A stretch of 32,000 nt of DNA from Candidatus Saccharimonadota bacterium. Lineage in GTDB: Bacteria > Patescibacteriota > Saccharimonadia > Saccharimonadales > UBA4665. Position 1 is the first letter of the stretch. Each line of letters opens with the position of its first letter. The DNA is taken from the NCBI GenBank assembly GCA_016700375.1, contig CP065016.1, positions 90,001 to 122,000 of the forward strand, given 5' to 3'. Positions 15,789 to 23,344 of the stretch are shown one piece after another. The notes beneath the pieces were generated by a model. It searched no databases. It was not told the DNA's origin and was given only the letters and a program-made list of their open reading frames with translations. A program made the position numbers and the translations under genes.

Positions 15789-17069
15789 ATGCGATTTCTT
15801 GGTCTCTCGGTTGGAAAATTGACACTTAAGGGCTTGCGGCTCATGGGTCGGACGGGTTCGGCACTGCCCGGGCGGGTGGTTGAGAAGCTTAGTCCAAACT
15901 TTTTGGCGGTTATGCTGGCGCAGCTGCCCGGCGGCGTGATTGTGGTGTCGGGCACCAATGGGAAAACGACGACGACGAAGATAATCGCGAAACTACTGGA
16001 GTCGCAAGGCCATAGGGTGCTTACGAACCCCACAGGGAGTAATTTTGTGCGCGGCATTATAAGCGCCGTGGTAGATAAAGCAAGTTGGGGTGGAAAATTG
16101 CCCTACGATATTGCTGTCTTCGAGCAAGATGAAGCGCACGCCGTTCATTTTGCGAAAGTTGTTAAACCACGAGGCGTACTGGTGCTCAATGTCATGCGCG
16201 ACCAAATGGACCGGTTTGGCGAGATCGATACCACACTGAGGCTACTAGAAACGTTGGCACAATCGGCTACCGAATTTGCGGTGCTCAATGCCAATGACGA
16301 ACGCGTCAGTACTATAGCAGTCAAGGACAAAGTAAAAACAGTTTGGTATGCGCATAGCAAAGACTTGCAGCCGGAATTTCTGACCGACGACCAACTGTAT
16401 CATGGCGAGACGGCGACATTCGCGCTCGGCGGTACGCCACTCATAGAACTCACCGGCTACGACGAAGAATCGGTTTCGCTTACGGTGCACGGTACGCCAC
16501 ACCGTTACCAGTATCAGCTCCAGGGCGGTCACAATGCGCTGAACTTAGCGGCTGCACTGTGCGTGTTGTATCAGGTGCTACCCGAACCGGATACTGCAAA
16601 GCTTGCAGAGGCAATCCTAACGGTAGAGCCGGCTTTTGGCCGAGGTGAAGTCATATCCCTGCCAGGCGGCGGCAAGCTGACGCTCCAGCTTGTGAAAAAC
16701 CCCGGCGGGTTTATGCAAGCACTACGCATGCTCGAGCTGAAAGACTACAAAACCGTCGGCATCGCCATTAATGATGATTACCCAGACGGACGTGACGTCT
16801 CTTGGCTATGGGATGTTGATTTTTCCGCTATTACTTCTCCGGTGCTGTGCGGCGGCGTCCGGGCGGCAGACATGGCTAACCGGCTAAAATACGACGAAGT
16901 AAAAACAGTCGCAAGCCATGAAGACCTTGCCGAATATATTAGCGCGTTAAATAACCGCACAGCAGCTGCTGGCGGAGAAGCCATACTATTTTGCACGTAT
17001 ACTGCGATGCTGAAGGTTCGAAGCATGTATTTGGGAGTCGTATCCGGTCTTGATGAGGGGGACTCATGA
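15789..17069 (+). CDS. murT: Lipid II isoglutaminyl synthase subunit MurT (Mur-ligase family)
   Basis: GTNGKTTT P-loop, a Mur-ligase central domain and the C-terminal DUF1727-type motif DGRDVSWLWDVDF. The stop overlaps the gatD start (ATGA at 17066-17069). The ORF track starts at GTG 15783. Confidence 0.85.
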   Translation: MRFLGLSVGKLTLKGLRLMGRTGSALPGRVVEKLSPNFLAVMLAQLPGGVIVVSGTNGKTTTTKIIAKLLESQGHRVLTNPTGSNFVRGIISAVVDKASWGGKLPYDIAVFEQDEAHAVHFAKVVKPRGVLVLNVMRDQMDRFGEIDTTLRLLETLAQSATEFAVLNANDERVSTIAVKDKVKTVWYAHSKDLQPEFLTDDQLYHGETATFALGGTPLIELTGYDEESVSLTVHGTPHRYQYQLQGGHNALNLAAALCVLYQVLPEPDTAKLAEAILTVEPAFGRGEVISLPGGGKLTLQLVKNPGGFMQALRMLELKDYKTVGIAINDDYPDGRDVSWLWDVDFSAITSPVLCGGVRAADMANRLKYDEVKTVASHEDLAEYISALNNRTAAAGGEAILFCTYTAMLKVRSMYLGVVSGLDEGDS

Positions 17070-17845
17070 ACATGGAACACAAAAGTGCTTCACCAATTCA
17101 AAATTCAAGATTCAAAATTCAAGATTCGAATGCGTATCATCTGACTATTGTGCATCTCTACCCGCGCGAAATGAACATATACGGCGACACCGGCAATCGC
17201 TTGGTGCTGCAAAAACGGGCAGAGTGGCGCGGAATTGATGTCCAGGTGAAGCTGGTCGGTGTTGGCGACCCCATCCCAAGTGAAGCCGATATCATCATTG
17301 GTGGTGGTGGCCAAGACGCAGGGCAGGGCAAAATCCAGGATGACCTGCAGGCCAAAGCCGAGCAGCTGACCAAAATGGCCGAAGACGGCGTGGTTATGCT
17401 CATGATATGCGGGATGTACCAGCTATTTGGCCGCCGGTTCGTCACCCATGAGGGTGAAGAAATAAAAGGTATCGGTATATTGCCGCTTGAAACAATTGGC
17501 GGTGACCAACGCATGATAGGCAACACCGTCTACGAAACACCATACGGCGAAGTGGTGGGCTACGAAAACCACAGCGGCGTCACGACGCTCGATGACTCGA
17601 CACTTGCGTTCGGCACCGTCACGCAAGGAGACGGCAACAACGGCCAAGACAAAACCGAAGGCTGCCGCGTAGAAAATATCTTTGGCACCTACAGCCACGG
17701 CCCCGTGCTTGTCAAAAACCCTGCGTTTGCCGACGAACTCCTCCGCCTGGCCCTCTCTCGTCGCTACGACGAAGTTGAATTACCCCCACTTGATGCCCAG
17801 ACCGAACTGGCCGCACAACACATCGCCAAGTCCCGCCCCAGATAG
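17066..17845 (+). CDS. gatD: Lipid II isoglutaminyl synthase glutaminase subunit GatD (CobB/CobQ-like GATase)
   Basis: HLYPREMNIYGDTGN, catalytic Cys context MICGMYQLFG and GTYSHGPVLVKNP. From memory it is collinear with staphylococcal GatD, plus an extra N-terminal extension of about 20 aa. Confidence 0.85.
   Translation: MNMEHKSASPIQNSRFKIQDSNAYHLTIVHLYPREMNIYGDTGNRLVLQKRAEWRGIDVQVKLVGVGDPIPSEADIIIGGGGQDAGQGKIQDDLQAKAEQLTKMAEDGVVMLMICGMYQLFGRRFVTHEGEEIKGIGILPLETIGGDQRMIGNTVYETPYGEVVGYENHSGVTTLDDSTLAFGTVTQGDGNNGQDKTEGCRVENIFGTYSHGPVLVKNPAFADELLRLALSRRYDEVELPPLDAQTELAAQHIAKSRPR
17095..17129. repeat. Period-7 tandem array AATTCAA AATTCAA GATTCAA AATTCAA GATTCGA within the 5' end of gatD
   Basis: Read directly. 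Translated in frame as IQNSRFKIQDS within the N-terminal extension. Confidence 0.85.
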
Positions 17846-17878
17846 ACAGAACACGCTGCCTGCGATAGGCTTAGAGTG

Positions 17879-18421
17879 ATGGAGTATGTGTATATCGATG
17901 AGAGTGGCGAGCCTGGTACTTCCAGTAGGCACATTATTGTGGCTGCGCTTGTAACTGAGCATGATAGAAAGGTTGCAAAGGCTATATCAACTATTTGGAA
18001 GGCAAAGCCACAGTTCCATAATCTGAATGAGCTACATGCCCATAAGGTAGATGATGCGACGCGCCGTCGAGTGCTGCAAACACTAGAGGCGTTAGAAGTT
18101 TCTATATATTTTGTACTAATCGATAAACAAAAAGTGCATGGTAGCTTAGAAGAAGCCTACTACCGGGCGATTGCATTGATTGCCGGAAGATTTCACAGGG
18201 CACATGTCATAGTTGCAGACCGAAGAGATACCGACAGGAAGCGCATAAAAGTTATTCAACAATATGGCCTAGAAGCCGCTCTCCGAGCAGTTGTCTTTCG
18301 GACTTCGCACGATGTAAAACAGTTACAGGCAGTGGATTTTGCTGCTTGGGCAATTGGGCGTTATTACGAACAAGGTGATATATCATTTATGAAACTAGTT
18401 TCACGTATACAACAGCTATGA
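17879..18421 (+). CDS. DUF3800-like protein
   Basis: N-terminal YIDESGEPG and C-terminal LQAVDFAAWAI match, from memory, the DUF3800 pattern (Y-x-DESG ... D-x-x-a). AT-richer than flanking genes. A GTG at 17876 is an alternative start. Confidence 0.6.
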   Translation: MEYVYIDESGEPGTSSRHIIVAALVTEHDRKVAKAISTIWKAKPQFHNLNELHAHKVDDATRRRVLQTLEALEVSIYFVLIDKQKVHGSLEEAYYRAIALIAGRFHRAHVIVADRRDTDRKRIKVIQQYGLEAALRAVVFRTSHDVKQLQAVDFAAWAIGRYYEQGDISFMKLVSRIQQL

Positions 18422-18524
18422 TTATGATAATAAAAAGGAAACCTCCCGCTTTAACGGACCGCTCATGGCGATCCAACGCGGGAGGTATTACTCCATGTTT
18501 ATATCTTAGCAAATCACAAGGGGT

Positions 18525-20582
18525 TTGTCAAGGTGGTGGCCTGTGCTGTTAAGTGATGACGTGACGGTTGTGAAGGGGGTGGGCGAAGCCGTGGCCAGGG
18601 GGCTCCGGCAGCTCGGTATTCGGACGGTGTTTGATTTGGTTGATTACCTGCCTACGCGGTACGAAGATTATTCAGAGGTCATGGAAATAGCACAGTTACG
18701 GCCAGGGCCGGTGACGGTTAAGGCGACTGCGAAACAGGCTACTGGGCGCTATGTGCGACGTGGTATGCACATTACGGAAGCGGTGTTTTCAGACGCAACT
18801 GGCAGCGTGCGAGCGGTGTGGTTTAACCAGCCGTACCGCGCCACTGCTCTGAAAACAGGTCAGGAATATTACGTGAGCGGCACGTACGAGCTGAGTCATC
18901 AGCGCTTTCAGATTATGAATCCTAGTGCCGAGCTGGTGAAAGAGTTTCCGGTCAACACAGCGCGAATTGTACCGGTGTATCGACAGTCTAAGCTTATCTC
19001 TACCAACCAATTGCGAAAGCTCATCGCAGGGTGCGTACCAAGCTTGCGTGAACTGCCCGAAACGCTTCCCAAGTGGATTTTTACAGGGGCGGGATTGCTA
19101 TCCCGCGCGGAAGCAGTAGGGGCGATGCACTTTCCGCAGTCGCCGGAGCAACTCGCTGCCGCCCGGCGCCGGTTAGGGTTTGAGGAAGTATTTGAGCTGA
19201 GTCTTGCGAGCATGCTGAACAAACAAGAAAGCATGCGTGAAAACGCGCTCTCCATACCGTTTAATGCCGAGCTGGCCAAACAGTTTGTGGCAGCGTTGCC
19301 CTTTACGCTTACCGATGACCAGCGCCGGGTAGTTTGGCAGGCCTACCAAGACATGGAGCATCGCTACCCGATGAACCGTCTCGTAGAGGGCGACGTTGGG
19401 TCTGGCAAGACTGTTGTGGCGGCCATGGTGGCGCTGATGGCGGCAAAAGAAGGATTTCAGGTGGCCTTTATGGCGCCGACCGAGCTGCTGGCCATGCAGC
19501 ATGCTGCAACCTTGCACCCCATGCTCAAGCCGTTTGGGCTGCGGCCACATCTACTCGTCGGCAGCATGGCGGCAAAGGACAAAGCAAAGACGCAGGCCGA
19601 GATTGCAAGTGGCAAAGCACAGTTGCTGGTGGGCACCCATGCGCTGTTCCAAGAAAAAGTGGATATGCTGCGTCTGGGGCTCATCATAGTCGATGAACAG
19701 CACCGATTTGGGGTGGAGCAGCGAAAAACGCTGATGGCAAAAGCGGGTCACATGCCGCACGTTTTGTCACTGACGGCCACGCCTATTCCACGAAGCCTAG
19801 CCCTAACGCTGTACGGTGAACTGGATATCTCGGTACTAAAAGATAAACCAACTGGGCGGCTCCCAATCGAAACAAAAATAGTATCCCCGGTGAACCGCGA
19901 CAGATTGTACGAAGGCATCCGCGGTGAAATTGGGGCGGGGCGGCAGGTGTTTGTGGTGTGCCCGACGATAGAGATAAGAGATAAGAGTCAAGAGGTAAGA
20001 GGGGCGGCGGTGGAAGATGTATACGCGGAGCTACAAAAAAAACAGCTCAAGGGTTGGCGGATTGGACTACTACACGGGAAAATGAAGGTAGGCGAGAAAG
20101 ACGCGGTTATGCAGGCGTTCTTACGCCACGAGCTCGATGTTTTGGTGGCAACCACGGTTATTGAGGTGGGTGTGGACGTGCCGAACGCTAGCATTATGGT
20201 GATAGAGTCGGCCGAGCGTTTTGGGCTAGCGCAGCTTCATCAGCTGCGGGGGCGAGTTGGGCGGGGAAGCGTGCAGTCGCAGTGCTACTTGCTGCTAAGC
20301 GACACCAAAGCCCCCTCAAAACGGTTGCGGGCTATAGAGTCGAGTAACGACGGCTTCCGGCTTGCTGAACTCGACCTTGAGCTGAGAGGTCCCGGGGCAA
20401 TTTACGGCGCACTGCAACACGGCGCACTCGACCTAAGGGTAGTGAAGCTTTCGGACACGGCGCTGATTGCCGAGGCGCGCAAAGCCGCCCAAGCGTTCAT
20501 AGAAAAGGGAGAAAATTTGCTACAATATCCGGAGCTTGCAAAGCATGTCGCAAAACTTCGTATGGTAACGAATCTCAACTAA
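18525..20582 (+). CDS. recG: ATP-dependent DNA helicase RecG
   Basis: Wedge-domain N-terminus (VKGVGEAVARGLRQLGIRTVFDLVDYLPTRYED) and helicase motifs GDVGSGKT, DEQHRFG and QLRGRVGRG. The start is uncertain: TTG 18525, or GTG 18543 preceded by AAGGTGG. Confidence 0.92.
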   Translation: MSRWWPVLLSDDVTVVKGVGEAVARGLRQLGIRTVFDLVDYLPTRYEDYSEVMEIAQLRPGPVTVKATAKQATGRYVRRGMHITEAVFSDATGSVRAVWFNQPYRATALKTGQEYYVSGTYELSHQRFQIMNPSAELVKEFPVNTARIVPVYRQSKLISTNQLRKLIAGCVPSLRELPETLPKWIFTGAGLLSRAEAVGAMHFPQSPEQLAAARRRLGFEEVFELSLASMLNKQESMRENALSIPFNAELAKQFVAALPFTLTDDQRRVVWQAYQDMEHRYPMNRLVEGDVGSGKTVVAAMVALMAAKEGFQVAFMAPTELLAMQHAATLHPMLKPFGLRPHLLVGSMAAKDKAKTQAEIASGKAQLLVGTHALFQEKVDMLRLGLIIVDEQHRFGVEQRKTLMAKAGHMPHVLSLTATPIPRSLALTLYGELDISVLKDKPTGRLPIETKIVSPVNRDRLYEGIRGEIGAGRQVFVVCPTIEIRDKSQEVRGAAVEDVYAELQKKQLKGWRIGLLHGKMKVGEKDAVMQAFLRHELDVLVATTVIEVGVDVPNASIMVIESAERFGLAQLHQLRGRVGRGSVQSQCYLLLSDTKAPSKRLRAIESSNDGFRLAELDLELRGPGAIYGALQHGALDLRVVKLSDTALIAEARKAAQAFIEKGENLLQYPELAKHVAKLRMVTNLN
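19967..20001. repeat. Period-7 tandem array GATAGAG ATAAGAG ATAAGAG TCAAGAG GTAAGAG inside recG (reverse complement of the CTCTTAN family)
   Basis: Read directly. Translates in frame as IEIRDKSQEVRG. Confidence 0.85.
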
Positions 20583-21412
20583 TGTATTCTGGATCAACCC
20601 TTCATCAGCTTCGAAACCTGGATAGGTGGTTTGGGGCGCACCAAAAAATAGACCGTCTTGCGCGTCGACATTTGCAAACTGTTGAAACACCAGAGGCAGT
20701 TCGGTCTTTCCCGCGTATGCGCCAAATTCTGACGTTTGAAGGTTCAAATGGCCCCGACGCCATAAAGCGGAAAACCCCGGCGCAGGATGAACCATGGCAC
20801 TACTATGACCCATACGACCCAGACGATACCAAGCTCCTCGATATCATTTCGGCTCATTACAACGAACTGGTGTTGGCAATTCGCTCGGGAAACGAAACGC
20901 GGGCAAGTTTTGAAGCCGCGTGGCTCGCACATGCCGTGGTAGACGGTTTGACACCGGCGCACCACTACCCATACGAAAAGGAACTGGAGCGGCTTCGTAA
21001 AGGTCAAGGAATAGAAACCCGCCGAACGCCCAAAGAAAAACTGATGATGCCGGGCGACACCGTGCGAGAAAAAATGCATAACAACTGGAGCATGTGGGGA
21101 GATAAAGGGCTGCTGGCAACGCACATTGCGTTTGAGGCGGGGGTTGCGCTGCTGGTTCTGCCCATGCGGTATCGTCGGCTTGGCCTGCAGACGCAGCTTC
21201 CGGTAATAACGGGGCAAAAGCCGTATCTGTTATTTTTCAAATCCCAGGCGAAAAAGATTGCCGATGGCCAGTACTACGAACAGTTTTATCGCCACGGTTG
21301 GCTGCCAAAACTAGGTAAGCAAGTGCGGCGCGAACTCATACCGGATATTGTTCTAACAGTTGCGTTTATATGGCACTGCGCGCTGAAAGAAGCGCGGCGG
21401 GCAAAACGATGA
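20582..21412 (+). CDS. Zinc-dependent phospholipase C / P1-nuclease-fold-like protein
   Basis: Ordered ligand-like motifs: WFGAH, GPD, WHYYDP (compare HFYDP), AHAVVDGLTPAHH (compare HYLGDxxxPMH) and THIAFE (H-x3-E). The comparison with B. cereus PLC is from memory. The start overlaps the recG stop (TAATG) and the stop overlaps the rsmD start (ATGA). Confidence 0.55.
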   Translation: MYSGSTLHQLRNLDRWFGAHQKIDRLARRHLQTVETPEAVRSFPRMRQILTFEGSNGPDAIKRKTPAQDEPWHYYDPYDPDDTKLLDIISAHYNELVLAIRSGNETRASFEAAWLAHAVVDGLTPAHHYPYEKELERLRKGQGIETRRTPKEKLMMPGDTVREKMHNNWSMWGDKGLLATHIAFEAGVALLVLPMRYRRLGLQTQLPVITGQKPYLLFFKSQAKKIADGQYYEQFYRHGWLPKLGKQVRRELIPDIVLTVAFIWHCALKEARRAKR

Positions 21413-21942
21413 GAGTTATTGCGGGGCGACTGGGCGGACGCGTGTTTGAAAACCCCCGGGGACACCGCACGCACCCCATGAGCGAGAAGGCCCGGGGAGC
21501 AATTTTTAACGCGCTGGGCGATGTGGAAGGGCTGACGTTTCTTGACGCGTACGCAGGCAGCGGTGCTTTAGGCATAGAGGCGTTAAGCCGTGGGGCTAGC
21601 TCGGTACTGGCTATAGACATAGACATAGAGGCGGCAAAAGCTATGACTGCGAGTGTGAAGGCCCTGGGGCTTGATGGCCAGATGAGTGTACTACGAAAAA
21701 ACATTAGTGGCTGGTCGCGGAACCATCAAGATAGTACGTTTGATATTGTGCTCGCTGACCCGCCGTTTGACGATATTAGGCCAAATGTACTAGAACGGCT
21801 GCTTGTTCATGTGAAGCCGGGAGGCCTTTTTGTGCTATCTTGGCCCGGCGCTGAACGGGTGCGGGGTTTTGCAGGTGCGCAGCAAGTTGCCCACAAACCT
21901 CTCGGCGACATTCAACTAGTTTTTTACCGCAAAATTAGCTAA
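21409..21942 (+). CDS. rsmD: 16S rRNA (guanine966-N2)-methyltransferase RsmD
   Basis: MRVIAGRLGGRVFENPRGHRTHPMSEKARGAIFNAL, the SAM motif LDAYAGSGALGIEALSRGA and DPPF (LADPPFD). The ORF track starts at 21370; the ATG at 21409 gives the canonical N-terminus. Confidence 0.85.
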   Translation: MRVIAGRLGGRVFENPRGHRTHPMSEKARGAIFNALGDVEGLTFLDAYAGSGALGIEALSRGASSVLAIDIDIEAAKAMTASVKALGLDGQMSVLRKNISGWSRNHQDSTFDIVLADPPFDDIRPNVLERLLVHVKPGGLFVLSWPGAERVRGFAGAQQVAHKPLGDIQLVFYRKIS

Positions 21943-21957
21943 AATACCACTGTCCAC

Positions 21958-22041
21958 GCGCGAGTGGTGGAATGGTAGACACGCCAGTTTTAGGAGCTGG
22001 TGCCGCAAGGCATGGAGGTTCAAGTCCTCTCTCGCGCACCA
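21958..22041 (+). tRNA. tRNA-Leu (anticodon UAG), class II with long variable arm, CCA encoded
   Basis: Hand-folded. Acceptor GCGCGAG/CTCGCGC, D-stem GTG/CAC, anticodon stem CCAGT/GCTGG with loop TT-TAG-GA, variable arm TGCC-GCAA-GGCA, T-arm GGAGG-TTCAAGT-CCTCT, then discriminator A plus CCA. Confidence 0.88.
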
Positions 22042-22043
22042 AA

Positions 22044-22069
22044 ATATCACAATAATTGTGATATTTTTT
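22044..22069 (+). terminator. Rho-independent terminator after tRNA-Leu
   Basis: Perfect 9-bp stem ATATCACAA (22044-22052) / TTGTGATAT (22056-22064), 3-nt loop, T-run to 22069. Confidence 0.75.
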
Positions 22070-22205
22070 ATATCTTAAAAATACAAACCTACCCCATTTT
22101 AGTATCAGTTAGAGGACTGTCCTCTATGTCCCCTCTACTTTCCTCTACTTTCTTCTGTCCTGTACGTTCTCTATGACCTATCTGCGTGCTTAATCTGCAG
22201 GCTAT

Positions 22206-22221
22206 CTGTTAATATTAACAG
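22206..22221. promoter_or_regulatory. Perfect 16-bp palindrome CTGTTAATATTAACAG overlapping a TGTTAATAT -10-like box, 5 nt upstream of the transporter ATG
   Basis: Read directly. Self-complementary over all 16 positions, with the form CTGT-N8-ACAG. Confidence 0.5.
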
Positions 22222-22226
22222 CAGCT

Positions 22227-23081
22227 ATGTCTTGGGAAATATTCGTCATTATCAACCTCATCACCGCCTCGTTGCTCGTGCCACTGCAACGGCTTTTGCT
22301 ACGCAACGAAAAAACCGAGCCAATTTCATTCATTGTTGTTTCGCAGCTCCTTACAGGTACACTGCTCATTCCATTTGTTTTAGTGAATGGCTTTCATATG
22401 CCCGACCTTAGCAAGTACGGATTTCTGGTAGCAGCAATGTTCTTGTTGTATAGCCTTGGGCATTATTTATATGCATATACCCTCAAGCGGGCTGAGGCTT
22501 CAATATTTTCTACACTGCTGGGTACAAGCACGATTTGGGTTGTGGCAATGGGCTATCTTGTACTGCATGAAGCTCTGAACATGTTTGATGTCCTCGGTGC
22601 CGTCATCATTCTGACAAGCCTCTTGATGCTCATGGAAAGGAAGAAGCGTAAAATTCATGTTGAAAAGTCTGTCGCTATGGGTCTGCTCGTCGGTTTAATA
22701 TTCGGAATTGCTTCATCAATGTGGGTATATATCGGCAAGCATTCCGACCTACTAACGTGGACAATGATAAGTTTCTTCGGAACTCCGCTAATTTTCCTAC
22801 TCATCCGGCCGAAACTCGCACAAACTGCCAAACATCTTATTTCGGGCGATTTACTCCTTAAAATGCTTTTTCTGGCCGTTATTTGGGCAGTTGATAATCT
22901 TGCTTCTCTGGCAGCCTATCAGCGCGGAAACGTCAGCATTATTGCGCCCTTGCTTCAAACCAGTGCAATATTGAGTGTTATTATTGCGATTATATTCTTA
23001 GGCGAGAGAGAACGTTTGCGCTGGAAAATTGTTGCTGCTGTCGTGTGTTTCGTGGGGGTTGCGCTAATTATAAGCTTCTAG
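22227..23081 (+). CDS. EamA/DMT-superfamily transporter
   Basis: 284 aa with about 10 hydrophobic helices in two similar halves, as is typical of EamA-domain permeases. Confidence 0.78.
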   Translation: MSWEIFVIINLITASLLVPLQRLLLRNEKTEPISFIVVSQLLTGTLLIPFVLVNGFHMPDLSKYGFLVAAMFLLYSLGHYLYAYTLKRAEASIFSTLLGTSTIWVVAMGYLVLHEALNMFDVLGAVIILTSLLMLMERKKRKIHVEKSVAMGLLVGLIFGIASSMWVYIGKHSDLLTWTMISFFGTPLIFLLIRPKLAQTAKHLISGDLLLKMLFLAVIWAVDNLASLAAYQRGNVSIIAPLLQTSAILSVIIAIIFLGERERLRWKIVAAVVCFVGVALIISF

Positions 23082-23312
23082 CCGACACCGTTATCCGTGA
23101 CTTTTCCCAAAGTCAAAAAAAACTTGGAGCGGAAAATTCAAAATGCAATAAAGTCTGGCTGGGCGTGGCGCACTTGGGGATAGAATGCAGACAGTTATAT
23201 TGGCACCAAACTCAAATAATGACATAAGAACACTGACGGTGTGGGCGCTTGCAATCTTGGCCGTTGGGCTTCCATCAATCATTGCTAGTTTTTATAAGAA
23301 CGCCCGCTAGTC

Positions 23313-23321
23313 TGCTATAAT
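23313..23321 (+). promoter_or_regulatory. Extended -10 TGCTATAAT upstream of the SPFH gene (leadered; SD AAGGAGG at 23334-23340)
   Basis: Read directly. Confidence 0.5.
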
Positions 23322-23344
23322 TTCGGCATAACAAAGGAGGGTTT

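Noticed and set aside
23096-23120. Hairpin TGACTTT-tccc-AAAGTCA after the transporter gene, considered as a terminator
   Set aside because: It is followed by an A-run rather than a T-run on the plus strand, and no minus-strand gene reads into it, so terminator function is unsupported.
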